Shown: positions 24,691 through 37,620 of the stretch, piece after piece
Numbering within the stretch: the stretch's first letter is position 1
Layout: every line of letters begins with the position of its first letter
Assembly (NCBI RefSeq): GCF_018977255.1
Contig: NW_024704742.1
Span: forward strand, 118,298,001-118,362,000
Reading direction: 5' to 3'
DNA length: 64,000 nt
Source of the DNA: Callorhinchus milii
Lineage: Eukaryota
Notes under the pieces: model-generated
The model's database searches: none
What the model was told of the DNA's origin: nothing
What the model saw: only the letters and a program-made list of their open reading frames with translations
Position numbers and translations under genes: made by a program

Positions 24691-25204
24691 ATAATCAACC
24701 CTTTAATCTGTTTCCAGCTCTTCCTTCTCTATGCACAGTATTCTTAACTTCCTTCAAGTGGCATTGCGGAGAGCCACACTAATCTAGACAGGCATAATTT
24801 ATGTGAGAGTTTAATTCTTTTGAGATGGAAGTTTTATAATGAATTAGCCAACATTAAAGTGCATCAGCTATCACCCTAATCATATCGCCAATCTAACCCA
24901 CTGCTTGAATGACTTTAGAATAGACTCCAGCAGATTAACATAGAATAATTACTGAGAATTGACTATATGATATGCTTTATAATGGCTTTCAGCATACGCA
25001 GCTTACTTTTGCCAACAAAATGCAGTCACTACACGATACGGTATATCCTGTGAAGCACTTTGAGATATCCTCCCAGAGTGAAAGGCGCTATTCCAAATGC
25101 AAGGATTATTATAATTACTAGCTGATATCTGTCTCAGTGCATAAAACAACAACAACAAAATTACATTTCTAAAGCGTCGGGAGAACGTCCCAAGGTTAGC
25201 TATT

Positions 25205-25540
25205 GTGTATGCAGACCCAGGTTCAATCTCTAATCTACAATGCTATCTGATTTAAACAGGGGGCAGCAGTAGGGAAGGTTTCTTGGCTTCATAGCCCTTA
25301 GTTAGGAAGGGAGAAGTCAGCCAGCTTTGCTGCTCCTGATGGCTAGCCTCTATGATGGAAAATATATGGTGGTGGAAATTGGATGAGGATAAGATTTGAG
25401 TTCAGCTGTGCCAATACCCGTAGCCGAACCCAATGTTCTGCCAGTACTTGCTTTCTGTGGCTATAGATGAAAAAAAACACTTGGACAAAGCATCAGACAG
25501 TGGGTGAGGGCCCTGAATCTGTACCCCAGCGTACGTCAGG
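25205..25540 (+). mobile_element. Third, old SINE-like family (C); related fragments near 3010-3110, 6450-6490, 37200-37250, 38020-38170, 54735-54900, 61110-61300, 62500-62590
   Basis: B-box-like CAGGTTCAATC and motifs shared across fragments (G(G/A)TGAGGATAAGATT, TCAGCTGTG, CACTTGGA). Confidence 0.5.
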
Positions 25541-25672
25541 GGCTACAGACAGGGAAAATATTGCAAGGAAAAGAAAATACTGAGCAGCAAGTCAGTTACA
25601 GGGTGTTGTTTTGTGCTATGTGCAAACCTTGTGTAAATGCTTGTGCATCATGTGCCATGTACAAAGAAGGAA

Positions 25673-25785
25673 TTCCAGTGCCCTGAACCACCCCTGAAAA
25701 ATTATTATTTAAATAATTATCAAATCACTTTAATTGTTGGTTATTTACATAATGAAGACCTTTGTAAACATGCGTTTACACTTGG
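25673..25785 (+). repeat. Unique ~113 bp segment duplicated in inverted orientation at 28126-28235
   Basis: Reverse complement of 28126-28235 aligns with a few substitutions and one small indel. Confidence 0.9.
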
Positions 25786-26539
25786 TACATAATAGACCTC
25801 TTTGCTGTTAATATAGTTGTACATTACAATATTGTATGTATGTATTTGTTCACTCAAGGCACAGTAGTGTTTAAAAACAACCATTACTGTTGAAACATAA
25901 GCAATACTGTGATTGCATGTGCAGTGTTATAAACTATTGTTACATAGCAACAACTTGAAACTTTACTTCTTCAATAATGATAGTAATCCTTGCATAATCC
26001 AAGGAGTTTATCACTTCTTCAAGACGCCTCAAAGTGCTTCACAGAATATACTATAAAGTGTGTGAATGAAAAGAAATTAATCAAATTAAAGTAAGCACAA
26101 GTACTTTTGAGTTCTTTGGAACTATTTACAGCTGCACAACACAACCGCATGATGCCATAGCGAGAAAACAAAGGCAATTAAAGCCAACAAACTGAAAGTG
26201 CTCTGGAGTACTTTAACAGTGAAACCATTAATCAGTGTCATGATACTGACTGACTGACAATCAGTGAGTGGTGTGTGATACTGAGACACGAGGTAATAAT
26301 ACATACAGTGCTGTAACAATACAAACATGGTGCTGTAATGTACTGACCTAGAGCTGTAATAATACATCAATCCAGTGCTGTTATAATAGACACATTTCTG
26401 TAATTCTGTCATACACAGACCCAGTGCCATGGTCATAAAATACTGCAAAAGATGAAATGTACATGTGTAAGATTGTACTCTCTCTGTGCAAGAGTGTAAA
26501 CCTCTACCTCCATCTTCTGCCCCTCTTTTCACTTAAATA

Positions 26540-26700
26540 AAAATGGAAAATGCAAGCAATACACAGCACAACATCCAAAAGAGAGAGTGAAAGGGCATCA
26601 CCCTCATTGTATGACCAATTATCCACTCTTTCTCTTCCGGATGCTAACTGACCCCCTGTGCATTTCCAGCACTTTCTGTTTCTATTTCAGATTTCCAGGC
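26540..26700. mobile_element. Degenerate Penelope pLTR / palindromic remnant
   Basis: GATGCTAACTGACCC..CATTTCCAGCACTTTCTGTTTCTATTTCAGATTTCCAG resembles the pLTR at 23290-23350. Confidence 0.6.
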
Positions 26701-26974
26701 TGTGATCTCCCAACTCTTCTACCCTCCTATGGAAGAGACGCAAGCAAATTCCTAGTACTGGGATTCCGATCGGCTGTCTCGAGTCTGCCGCGGATCATCT
26801 GAGTTGGATTCAAATTTCACTCCTGCGTTAAAGTGCTTCCAGCTGTGAGCTCTGCCTATGCAGATTAGCAGCAGCTAACACAAGGCTGAGTTGGATGATT
26901 CCCGAGCACTGGCTGATGGAATCCCTTGTCTAAAGTCCTGATTAGTACTAAAACAACCAACTCAGATTTCCCCC

Positions 26975-27175
26975 AAGTGAGCAACATTGCCCTCCTCCAC
27001 TACTACCTCTCCCTTTTGGACCACGAAGACCCTTGTCCAAACCTTCATCACGTCATTAAGTGCCGGCCTTCCCAACTCTTTCCTCCACCAGCTGCGGATC
27101 ATCCGGAACTCTGCAGCTCATGTCCTCTCCCGGCTCTGCAAATTTATCACACCTTATCCTCACCGGGCTCCACTG
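26975..27175 (+). mobile_element. L2 ORF2 fragment
   Basis: KTLVQTFITS...LRIIRNSAAHVL. Confidence 0.75.
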
Positions 27176-28053
27176 GTTTATCTCCTGTACCATTTTGCAA
27201 ACAGTTTGTCAGTAAAAACCTTCAGGTTTTTTTTCCTTGTTGTGTTGATTCTTTTACTTGGCACTTTTAAAGTCTGTGTATGTAAATATCTTAATTTACA
27301 ATATTCTTTTCGCATTCAGAATTAAAATCGTATTATTCAATTGGGAAAGGAATTGATGAGATTGTGGATATATTTTCAGGTCCTTATTTTGTGGAGAGCG
27401 ACTTTATTGCCAGCCCAGGTTAGTCTGAGCTTCACCTTTGTATCCGGGTAAACAGCACACACCACACAATGTCCTCGGAAGGAGCAAAGGATGCGTGAGG
27501 CTCATTTGGTTGTGACCAAGAAAGAGGCTACTGAGGCCATATAATAGAGGTAAGCCAGACAATCACAAATGTGTGATACAAGGATTATTGTTTTTATTAC
27601 TGAAACTGTCTTTGATCAGTGCTGAAGCAACCAAAACTTGGTGGAGTTAGGGATTGGTTTGAAGTCAAGGGAATCTGCCTTGTTTACATTTTTCTCTTTT
27701 GCTGATGTGTATCTCACCACCTTGGGTTCTACCCAAATCAATCTCGATCCTTACCATAGAGGTTCCCACTCTAATCCTTTCCTTATTCAGACATGGGTGT
27801 CTAGACTGAACGGCACTTTGGTTTAGAAGATGATTCTTTCATTACTGTGCCCCAGCCCAGAAACAAGAAGGGTGTTTCTCCCAGTGTACTGACCGATAAT
27901 CCTACAGTTTAATTCATGACGTGACAGTGTGTGGGACACTGATCAAAATGATTGCTAGACTTGACACTATTATGAAGCACTTTGAGACTTTTTGATGTGA
28001 TGACAACAGAAACACAAACTCTTTCTATACAATAAGTAAAAAATATAGAAAAA

Positions 28054-28270
28054 ATAATCCTTGCTTTTGATATAACACCTTATAACAAACAGCGTTGAGA
28101 TGTCTCAAAGTGCTTCACAGGAAATCCAAGTGTAAATGCATGTTTACAAAGGTCTTCATTATGTAAATAACCACCAATTAAAGTGATTTGCTAATTATTT
28201 AGATGATTTTTCAGGGGTGGTTAAGGGCACTGGAAAGTTGTGTGAACTGTGTGTATTTTGTAGACAAATA
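28054..28270 (-). mobile_element. SINE 3' part interrupted by the inverted copy of 25673-25785
   Basis: SINE tail runs to ...TGCTTCACAG at 28120 and resumes as ACTGGAAAG..TGTGTATTTTGTAG after ~28228. Confidence 0.75.
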
Positions 28271-28454
28271 CTGTATATTTAAATATGGCCAGGCAGAAAG
28301 ACGAGAAATAGAAAAACCTCAACAAGCACAGCTTGAAAGATTATCAAAGATAGCAAAGAGAACAGGACATTCGAACACTAACTGGAGTGTTAGTGTCCAG
28401 TCCTTCTACTGCTGGTGTCAGCGATGGTTAGTTTTCATTGGTTTATACACAGTA

Positions 28455-28520
28455 TTATGTTATCTTACTGGTGCAGATGATCTCACATTTGTTGCAGACA
28501 CTCAGGAAGAGGTACAGACA
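28455..28520 (+). mobile_element. Possible old RTE-like reverse transcriptase fragment
   Basis: Translation LTGADDLTFVADTQEEVQ resembles the (Y/F)ADD..A.T.EELQ region; very short. Confidence 0.3.
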
Positions 28521-29349
28521 GACCCAGGAAAAGCAGTCTGATAGACACAGGAAAGGGTAAAATACCCATCTGTTACAATTGCTAGGCTCACTGACACCCA
28601 TTCATGTCTTTATATCAAATAGACCACAATTTCTGTAGATGGCTTGTGTCTCCTACTGTACTTTATGGAGGTACATAGTATGTGGGGTACAAAAAGAGAA
28701 ATTGTGTAGCTTCCTGCTATGCCAACAATCTATTTCAGAAAGTATAAAATATCTCCACGTTACTAAAACAAATTCAGTTTATTTCTCATGTTAAATAAGA
28801 TTCTAAAACAAGCACTGGCCTAATACTATACCAGCGCAGAAAAGATTTACAAGAAATTGAAAAGTTATTGCAAGTTAATGTAAGCTCCTTACAACTTTTA
28901 GATTACAGTAATTTATAATATCCATTCTTTTTGAGTCAGAAACACAGCTTTGAATGTGAATCCAGGAAGATACAGGAGATTGCTCAGTACGGAGTTGAAG
29001 ACTCCCTTTTTAACAGAAAAAGGCTCTGTGATTTCCTTCACATAAGGAATAACTTAGCATGCAATATGGAAACGTGACTGTTAACTCATTCAGATCATTT
29101 CCAAATTCCTCTTTTTTCTGGATGAATAACCCTTTGATCTCAGAGCCTCCTCTCTGAAGGTAGCACGACATGCTGAGTTTACATTAGACCTCTGGTTGCA
29201 CAATGAGGAACTCAAGTGGCGGCACTGACACTTGAGCGCAGAGTTTTTTAATGGGTTTTGTGGTCCACACACATGCTGAACCTTTCAGATCTTATTTTGC
29301 TGTAGATCTACCCACCCAGTGTCTTACCTACCTATCTACCTATGTACTG

Positions 29350-29735
29350 AAGAATCCTTACAGTTGTCAAAGCGCCATTTATGTCAGGAGTACGTTTCAA
29401 AACCCTTCACAGGATTTTACTGTGAAGTGTTGTGAATGTGTATATTTTGGCCAACACAGCAGCCAGTTTGTGCATAGCAGTATCCCACAAACAGCCACGA
29501 CTAATTTTACTTGGGGGATTGTTGGCCAGGACACCGGGAGAAACTCCCTTCTCTTTTCAAATGGTGCAACAGGATCTTTAACATCTGAACCATGCAGGTA
29601 AGTACAACAGTGCAGTGCACCCCCAGCACTGTACTGGAGTGTCCTCGACTATGTGAGTTCAAAGTTCCGACATGGGGCTCCATCCACAATCTTGTGACTC
29701 GGAGGCCAGTGCAATCTATTGAGCCAAGTCACCCA
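29350..29735 (-). mobile_element. DeuSINE-like family B, near full length
   Basis: Tail, Deu-like body, head. Confidence 0.8.
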
Positions 29736-29804
29736 TTGAATGTGTTTGAACTGTACCTGAATACCAGGCAACTTTACTCCCAGCTCTTATTCCTCAGTAT
29801 AGTA

Positions 29805-30281
29805 CAGTAAAACTCAGTTAATTGAATACTCAATTTGACAGCGATGAACCAAACTATTCATATAACCAGCCTAAACATAAGAGGAGACTCATCGCCCAGA
29901 GCTCAAGGCACATTCCCTCCAACTACACCAGAACCAGAAACGCTCTCCACACCCAATCAGACATATTCCCACTCGCACATGGCAACCTCTCTCAGGAGTG
30001 AGGGAAGGGGTAGAGGAAGGAGGAGAGGACAACGGAACATTCACGCTGTATTGTAGAGGGAGTGATTTGGGACTGTGTCTTTATCCTATCTAAGATTTCG
30101 AAAAATTGATGAGAATGGTCACTGTGAAAATTATTCAATAAACCAAATTATTCGTGCATCCGGTATTCAGTGAATCAATTATATTCTTAGATTAGTCGTG
30201 CAAGTGGTTTGGGATTTCTAAATTCTATTCAATAGACCAAACTATTCAATTATCCAATATTCAATTAACTGAATTTCACTG
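29805..30281. mobile_element. Tigger/pogo-type (Tc1/mariner superfamily) non-autonomous DNA transposon / MITE
   Basis: TIRs CAGTAAAACTCAGTTAATTGAATA and TATTCAATTAACTGAATTTCACTG (24 bp, 2 mismatches) flanked by TA at 29803-04 and 30282-83; subterminal TATTCAAT repeats. Confidence 0.85.
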
Positions 30282-30824
30282 TACCACTATCGTTAAAGAA
30301 TGTAAAACGTTCTGTTGCAGAAATGGACCTATGGACCCACAGTATAAACCCAGCAATGGAAGAGCCTTTAAGCTCAGTGAATGAACTCCTGGGCCTGGTG
30401 ATATGCGTCACAAGATCCTATTAAAAGAGCTGAACCTACGCCAAAGACAGTTTTTCACACCTAGAGATAAACTAAAACATGACACTTATAACTCTGTAAT
30501 CAAGACCAAACCAGTCAACCCCTTGCCCCATTGCCTGAGATGTTAACCCCTGATAGTCTGCAAAAGTACAACAGTAAAACCCCCGACTGAACACTCCAGG
30601 GATCCAGAATCCAAACCTAGCCTTTGATAATAAATAATTTATAACTTCAATTTCTAACTTTAATTTATAGGTTTGAGATGTCTCAACGACATGATAAGGC
30701 ACTATATCAAATGCAAGCATCACTTATTTATTCATATATTTATTACTATTTCTGTATTTATTTAACCGGACCTGGCCCGAAACCAAATTTTTATTAAAAA
30801 AATCTGCGAGCTCATGTGTAAACT

Positions 30825-31720
30825 CCCAATTCCCAACTCAACCATCACAGCCCAGGTAATGGCCACAGCTTCCTGCCTCACTATCCTTTCTCTGGCATCC
30901 AGTGTCCTCGTGGGTGAGTTAACTACTGTTTTGTCTTCAGGCAGGTAGTCTGAGATTTGGCATAACCTAGGCTGGGTGTGATGAAGGCCAAGAGTAGAGG
31001 TGGTGGCAAGCATGGACAATGTTTCAAGCTGGGGGAAAGCTGAGCGGATCAGAGCACAGATGTGAATTTTAAAGGACTGTTGAGAGTCGAACAAGTCACT
31101 GAGGTTCCACAAAGGCTCCATGAGGTGGAGTGTGCATCCAAGTAGTTTGATGCTGTCAGCGCCTGAGGTGAGAAAGCACCGATGGAGACTAAATAGGACA
31201 GCCTCCATCTTATCGATGTTCAACTGCAGAAATTTAGAGTTTATCCGGGACTTAATGTCTGACAGGCAATCAGTCAGAACAGTAATGGTCCTGGAATCAA
31301 GGCTAGAGACAGAGAGAAAGAGTTGGATGTCATTTCACATGAGATGTGAAACCAAGATCCAGTCTGCCTGTTCAGGGGGATGTTAAAGATCCCACGGCAC
31401 TTTTCAAAAAGAGAAGGGAGTTTCAACAATCCCTCAAAAAAAATTGATCATTCATTTCATGGCTGTTTGTGGGACATTGCTGTGTGCAACCGTTTGGCTG
31501 CATTTGTCTAAAAATACAGTCACTCCATTTCACAGTAAATTTTGCGAAGCGCTTTGAGACATCCTTCCAATGTGATAAGGAACTATACCAAATGGGAGGA
31601 TTATTATTAATATCCGCATACATGTGGAGGTTAACCCTATGTCTCCAAATGACATCACCAAGCGGGAGCATGTAGATATTAAGAGAGGACCGAGGATAGA
31701 GCCCTTAAGGTAGGGGAAGT
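30825..31720 (-). mobile_element. L2 ORF2 fragment interrupted by a + strand DeuSINE-like element (31335-31610)
   Basis: HMYAD/DIQL split by the insertion; LNIDKMEAVL, LWNLSDLFDS. Confidence 0.85.
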
Positions 31721-32614
31721 AGCTTACCGCAAAACATTTTGCTTTTCAAAATCTTCCCTGCCCCCTTCTCTGCTCAAGACCTTTCCATTCAAACATGCTT
31801 ATAGTCACCTCCTCCCTCCCCCTGCTTGGGGTCAGGCTCCACCACTGTTAAGCTCTCCAAGACGCTGTCCCGCAGAAGGACGCTATGTAAATACAACTTG
31901 TTGCTGTTGAAGGCACCGATTTATGCCGCAGGAAAGCTCCACCAGCCTAACTCACCTTTACCTACTTCCAGATTGAGACTCAGGAGATGGTTTTGCTCAG
32001 GGTTGCCAAAGTAATGAGGTCATCGACCACATATCCTGCCCCCGAGGTTTTCTACCTTTCTCGGGCTCCAACATCCAAATCTCCCGAGGTTTTATTTTAT
32101 TGCCGTATTAAAAATTAACAGTGCTGCATCTGGCTCAGCACCATTTACAATTTTTTTTAATAAGATCATCATGTTTTACTGGTCATTAAGGCAATTAATG
32201 GAAGCCTCATCGGATGTTTTAAGAAAGAATATTCCCCAGCGTCTCAGAGGGTGTTTCGATGCTAAAGCATTCTGGTGTATTTTCCTATAGGACATCACAT
32301 CTGTTTCCCCTTAGTCTTTGCTCTGATTAAAGATTTGTGTACATGGCCCTGCATACTAACTGAAAACCGGGACAGTAAACACAGCACCAAAGAATTATGT
32401 AGCCAGTCATTAAAGCAGTAAATGCCACGCTATAATTTTTCTTTAAAAGCTCCAGCTTCAAGCATTTGTTGCCAAACATTTGATGCGAGTTTGAGGAGCG
32501 ACAGCTGCCAGCGGGAACGGGGGAGGAGCTGCGCACTTGGAGCTGAAACCTGGAGTCAAAGAGTTGCACTCTGCCCGCCAAACTCCTGAGTTTACTGCAC
32601 ATCGGGTGACTTAC

Positions 32615-32850
32615 GTAAGCCTAGTGTAAGGAATGCGGCTCATATCTGCAGCGAAAGCTCTCGCCATACTGGCCACTTCCATCCTGTCCCCAGTATGTGA
32701 TGTGACAGAGGGCACAAGCCAACCAGGGTAACTACAGCCGGAATTCTTCCAGTCTGTCTCATCCTCCTCGCCCCGGATTAGGGTGCAGTCTCTGTGGAAA
32801 AGTGGCTGGGAATGCTTCCGTTCAGACTGCTTTAATCCTTTGAGGTCCAT
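32615..32850 (-). CDS. Candidate (alternative) first coding exon, 78 codons + 2 nt, MDLKGLKQ...MEVASMARAFAADMSRIPYTRL
   Basis: Non-repeat, CpG-retaining sequence, strong Kozak AGCATGG, open frame ending exactly at consensus donor AC|GTAAGT (32614); product not recognised. Confidence 0.5.
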
Positions 32851-32989
32851 GCTCCCCTATTTTTGTGACACAGTTTAATAAAATACTATTCAATACATTT
32901 GAGGTCATGGGGGACATGAAGAAATCACCTCAAAAGGGGTTGGTGTGTTACTTAAGGAAGTATCTCCAGGTTCGAGTTCTACTTGACCC

Positions 32990-33925
32990 AACACCATCAT
33001 TGCGTCTCCTCAAATGGTTTCACCTGCGGAGTACCCCAAGGCTCCATCCTTGGCCCCCTCCTTTTCATCATTTGCATGCTCCCTCTCAGTATTATCAGCC
33101 ACAGACATAGGGTCAACTTCCACATGTATGCGGATAGTGCCCAAATCTTTGCAAGACAATAGCCACCCTCCTTGGCTCCCGTCAGCATCTTCTCACCTGC
33201 GGCTTAACTTCCTGACTTATCCCTCAGACTCACGGAACCTGTGCACAACCTAGGCATCAGGTTCAATCCCTAGCTGCCTTCAGACCCCACATCTGGTCCT
33301 AGAACAGAACCGCTTTCCTCCACCTCCACCATATCGCCTGCCTCCAACCGTACTTCACACCCAATGCAGCTGAAACCCTTATTCACTCATTTGTCACCTC
33401 CCACCTTGATTTTTCCAAAACCCTCCTCGCTGTTTTCCCAGCTCCACCACCAACAAACCCAACTGATTCAAAAGTCTGCCACCCATATTCTTACCCATAC
33501 CAAACTCCACACCCCCTTCATCCTAGTGCTTGTCAGGCTCCAATGGCTCCCTATTGAAGAATGGATTGATTAAAAGATCCCCATGCTTACTTATGAACCT
33601 GCCTGCCTGCTTGGCAGGCACTGGCCTGTTTCACATGCCCTGCCCCATCTTCAGTGGTCAGGTTTTCAGGGGCTTTATGTGTTGCCACTCTCTGGAACTC
33701 CATCTTGGAGTTTTTTGTCTCGCCCCTTCCTCACCTCCTGAAGGCCTGTCTCAAGACCTTCCTATTTACAGGACCTTCAAACATCTCCCCCTTCCCCCAC
33801 ACCTCCTTGGCCCCCACCTCTCAAGAACTGAACCCCAGCTCGTATTTATACTCCCGACTGTCCTGCATCTTGGGATGTCCTCCCAATGTGAAAGGCACTA
33901 AATAAATGGAATTTGTTGTTGTTGC
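32990..33925 (+). mobile_element. L2 LINE 3' portion, degenerate
   Basis: GVPQGSILGP, FHMYAD, QLIQKSA, 3' stem-loop tail and (TTG)n. Confidence 0.88.
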
Positions 33926-34964
33926 TGACATTCTATCTTTACCACCTCCCTGGGTAATCTATTCCATACTCATTATCTAAAATAAATATATTTGAACTGT
34001 TTGCCACAATCTCTGAAAATGGAATAAATAACTCATTGTTTTGACACTATGGAAACACACATGTATTTAAAAATTATATTTCAAATTATATACAGTATTA
34101 CTGTGTCCAACAGCAATATTGGGGTTCCTATCAAACATCAGGTTTGGCCAGGACACATCCTGATTTACTCCGTGTGTACAAATTTTATTTTCAGATGAAT
34201 TTAACGCTCATAGAGATAAGGGTTTCAGTGCTGGGGAAAAAAAGAAAACAATGTTCTGCATTTGGTATCCAGTGTCGGCGGCATCAAACACTGTCATATA
34301 GCGTGGGTAAGTTACACAGTGAAGCTTCCGCTACACTGCCTTCACAAAGTGGGTTTGACTTATTTCAACCAAAAGACAGATCATGGATATATTTGTGCTG
34401 TGGAATCATGTAAAGAAACTGGGTTGATTTGACCGAATTTATTACATAGGATCCTTACAGCTAGCAAGTCTACAAGGTCCTATGAGCATTCAAAGCAGCT
34501 GTGATAATCGTGGAATGAGTAGACACTATCACCCAGTAGCTTCAATCCATGAAGAACGTTCTATCTGAATGATACAAGTTGTTTTTAATTTGTTTCAAAT
34601 GAACGATATATGGGTAAATAAAACATTGTATCATTAAGGTTTTACTGACATACTTCCTCTGTTGTGAAAGAGAATCGAAGAGCAGTTATGAATATTTCAC
34701 TGCCCTGTATCCTGTGGTCATTTTATGTGCACTGAAACAGAACAAGAGGGAGAATATGAGGAACAGAACCATACATTGTTTTGGTACACTGCTTTTGGAC
34801 CTCTGGATCCGGCTTGAAATCTAAACCAGAACATCTGTTGAGTGAAGGTCCTTAGTAAAATTGCTCTGGTCAGTCACAATCCAGTTATATTGGATATAAT
34901 ATGTGTACAGCCCTTAATTCACCAGTGAATGACAATAAAGAGGAATCTCACTCCAAAAGAGCTG

Positions 34965-35388
34965 TTAATAATCTTTGCATTGATATTGCACCTTTGACAT
35001 CGGGAAGACGTATCAAAGTGCTTCACAAGAATTACTGCAATGTGTAGTGACTGTATTTTATAGATGAACACAGCAGCCAATTTATGCACACAGCAATGTC
35101 TCGCAAACAGCCATGGAGCGAATGACTTATTTTGTTTGGGGGCCAGACACAGGAAGACACTTCATCTCTTTTTGAATAGTGCCATAAGATCTTAAAGGTC
35201 CACCTGAACAGCGAGATAGGACCTGTTAATGGGTCATCTGAAGGTCAGCACCTCCACCAATACAGGACACCCTAGTCCTGCATTGGAGTGACAGCTTAAA
35301 CATGAGCTCAAAATCCCAGTTTGGGCCTTGAAACCACAACTTTTTGACTCAGAGGAAACAGTGCTACCAACTGAGCCAGGCTGACACC
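34965..35388 (-). mobile_element. DeuSINE-like family B, full length
   Basis: Head GTCAGCCTGGCTCAGTTGGTAGCAC on minus, Deu-like body, tail. Confidence 0.85.
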
Positions 35389-35849
35389 CATTGTGGGAAA
35401 CATACATGCTACATTTGGTGCTGTAATGGTTGCCTTCTGTTTGGAAGCCAACCAGCAAAGCTTTACTCCACAACATCCTAATACTGACATGGAAATGTTG
35501 ACACAGATTGTACAGACTAGGAAGCATTACACTCTGCAGGATCAATATCCCTTCCCCTGCATAAAAACATTTTCCCAATATCCTTCCAGTTTTTCGTCCT
35601 CCTTTCCTAATGTCCATGACTCATACTGGAGCACACTTGCACAAACGCTGATATCCTCTGATACCTCACCCAAGTGGCATTCTTCACTTGTGAGTCTGAA
35701 CAATGAGTCGTGGCAGAGTTTTATTGTGAGGAAATGTCACAGGCAATTACAATTAATTCTACATCTACACACATACATGTTCCAGCAGCGGTGATTGGGG
35801 CAGGTGAAGGAATGCTGTCTGATTTTTCTCCTTTCTTATCCTCGGTATT

Positions 35850-36531
35850 ACCATTGCTGCTCTGCCTTTCTCCACCTCTGCAACATTGCTTGGTTCCATC
35901 AATGTCGCACACCACAGGCCACCGAGACCCTCATAACACGTTCATCACATCCAGGCTCTACTACGCAAACTCTCTGCTTGTCGGTCTCCCCAACTCCTCC
36001 CTCCATATGCTGCAGATCATCCAGAACTCTGCAGCCCATGTCCTCTCCCGCACCAGGCTCTGCGACCCTATTGTCCCCATCCTCGCCTGGCTCCACTTGC
36101 CCCCCATCACTCAGAGGATACAGTTCAATATGCTGGTCCTTACCTTCAAAGTCCTCCAAGGCCATCTCCCCACTACCTCTGTGACTACCTAACCCCCTAC
36201 CAACATGTCAGCTCCCACAGCTCATTGGGCTCTGACTTGCTTCACGTCTCCACCTTGCCCGCCCCACCATTGGCGGGTGGGCCTTCAGCCTCTCTGCCCC
36301 CACCCTCTGGAACTCCATCCCACAGTCCCGCCACCTCGTCCCCTATCTTGCCTCCTTCAAGACCCATCTCTTTGCCCATGTCTTTGGTCACCCTTCTAGC
36401 CTACCCTCCCCCCCCCCCCACCCCTCCTGAACCCAACCACCAGCTGCGGTCCGGATCCCTGACTGTCCAACGCCTTGCAACGTCCTCCTGACGTGAAAGG
36501 AGCTTTACAAGTATAATATGTTGTTGTTGTT
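35850..36531 (+). mobile_element. L2 LINE 3' portion
   Basis: TFITSRLYYANSLLVGLP, LQIIQNSAAHVL, tail. Confidence 0.9.
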
Positions 36532-37388
36532 GCCCCAAAGCTTGAGGTAATTGCAAAATAATAGGTGTTTATTGGAATTTTTATTGAACAGTCAAAACAA
36601 TAGATTAATAAAGAAGAAAGTACAGAGAGATCTGAATACTGTGGTCACTCATGCTTGGGTTAGATGAGGCGAGCAATGGGACCTCAAAGGAGGCTTTGAC
36701 AACAGGATATATTGCTCTTCTTGCTGCCAATCCTTCACTTTCTTGAAATACAGGTTCCATTTGTACCTTTATAATCCTTTATCCCAAAAGATACAAGAAT
36801 AAAGCAAATGAAGTCAGTGGAGAGATCAAGAACATAGATTACTGAGGTGACTTTGCTCTCATGCCATTATTTTGTATCAAAGTAATTCCCTGTATACGCC
36901 TAGCATGATCAGGCATGTATGTAGCATATACAAACTTTATACCTCCATCTCAATTTTTCCCCTGTTCAGCTCATGCTGGTAGGGATCTCTACCCGGCAGT
37001 GGCTCTCTGGGAACTTGTCTAAGGCCTATCTTTTTGTGTATCCATGATCAATGATTGCTCTCAGCCTCTTCAATCAGCCTCTTCCAATCCTGTCCCCTTC
37101 ACCCAACGTTCACACCTTTGCACTTCCAGTCAGGACTCACTGAAAAATGATCAGGAACAGAAATACTGGCCAATTCCCTTTAATGGTACTCAAAGGTCAA
37201 TGTCACATCCTCAATTGCTACTCCAGCTGAGACCAAATAACTCAACACAGGGTGGAGATCAACAAGGATTTTTTNGTGTACCTGAGCACTAAGTCACATA
37301 CAGCAGTTACTATTGAGCCATGGGGGCCAGGCCAGGGTAAGAGACTTGCAAAATATCTTATTTTAAAATTCAACATTTTTGAATCACC

Positions 37389-37620
37389 ACCAACAACATC
37401 AACAGCATGCATTTATATGGTGCCCCTCATGCAGGGTAGCATCCCAGAGAGCTTGACAGTAGTGGAGCACTGGAGGAGGTGACTGTAGGTACAGTCAAAG
37501 AGGAAGGTCTTCCGGCTTGACCTGAAGATGGGGAAGAATGAAGCAAAGTGGAGGGATTGAGGGAGAGTGATGCAGAGTTTCAGGGTGTAGTGACTGAATA
37601 CATGGCCACCAATGGTGGAA
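37389..37620 (-). mobile_element. L2 3' end
   Basis: TIGGHVFSH..KTFLFD translation and (AAC)n tail. Confidence 0.75.

Noticed and set aside
25673..28235. 2.5 kb DNA transposon with 110 bp TIRs starting CAGTG
   Set aside because: No TSD in the flanks, no transposase inside, and the right repeat is embedded in a SINE that continues on both sides
32615..32685. Resemblance of MARAF...YTRL to the transferrin receptor N-terminus (ARSAF...YTRF)
   Set aside because: Only a few residues match and no downstream receptor exons are visible; no gene symbol assigned
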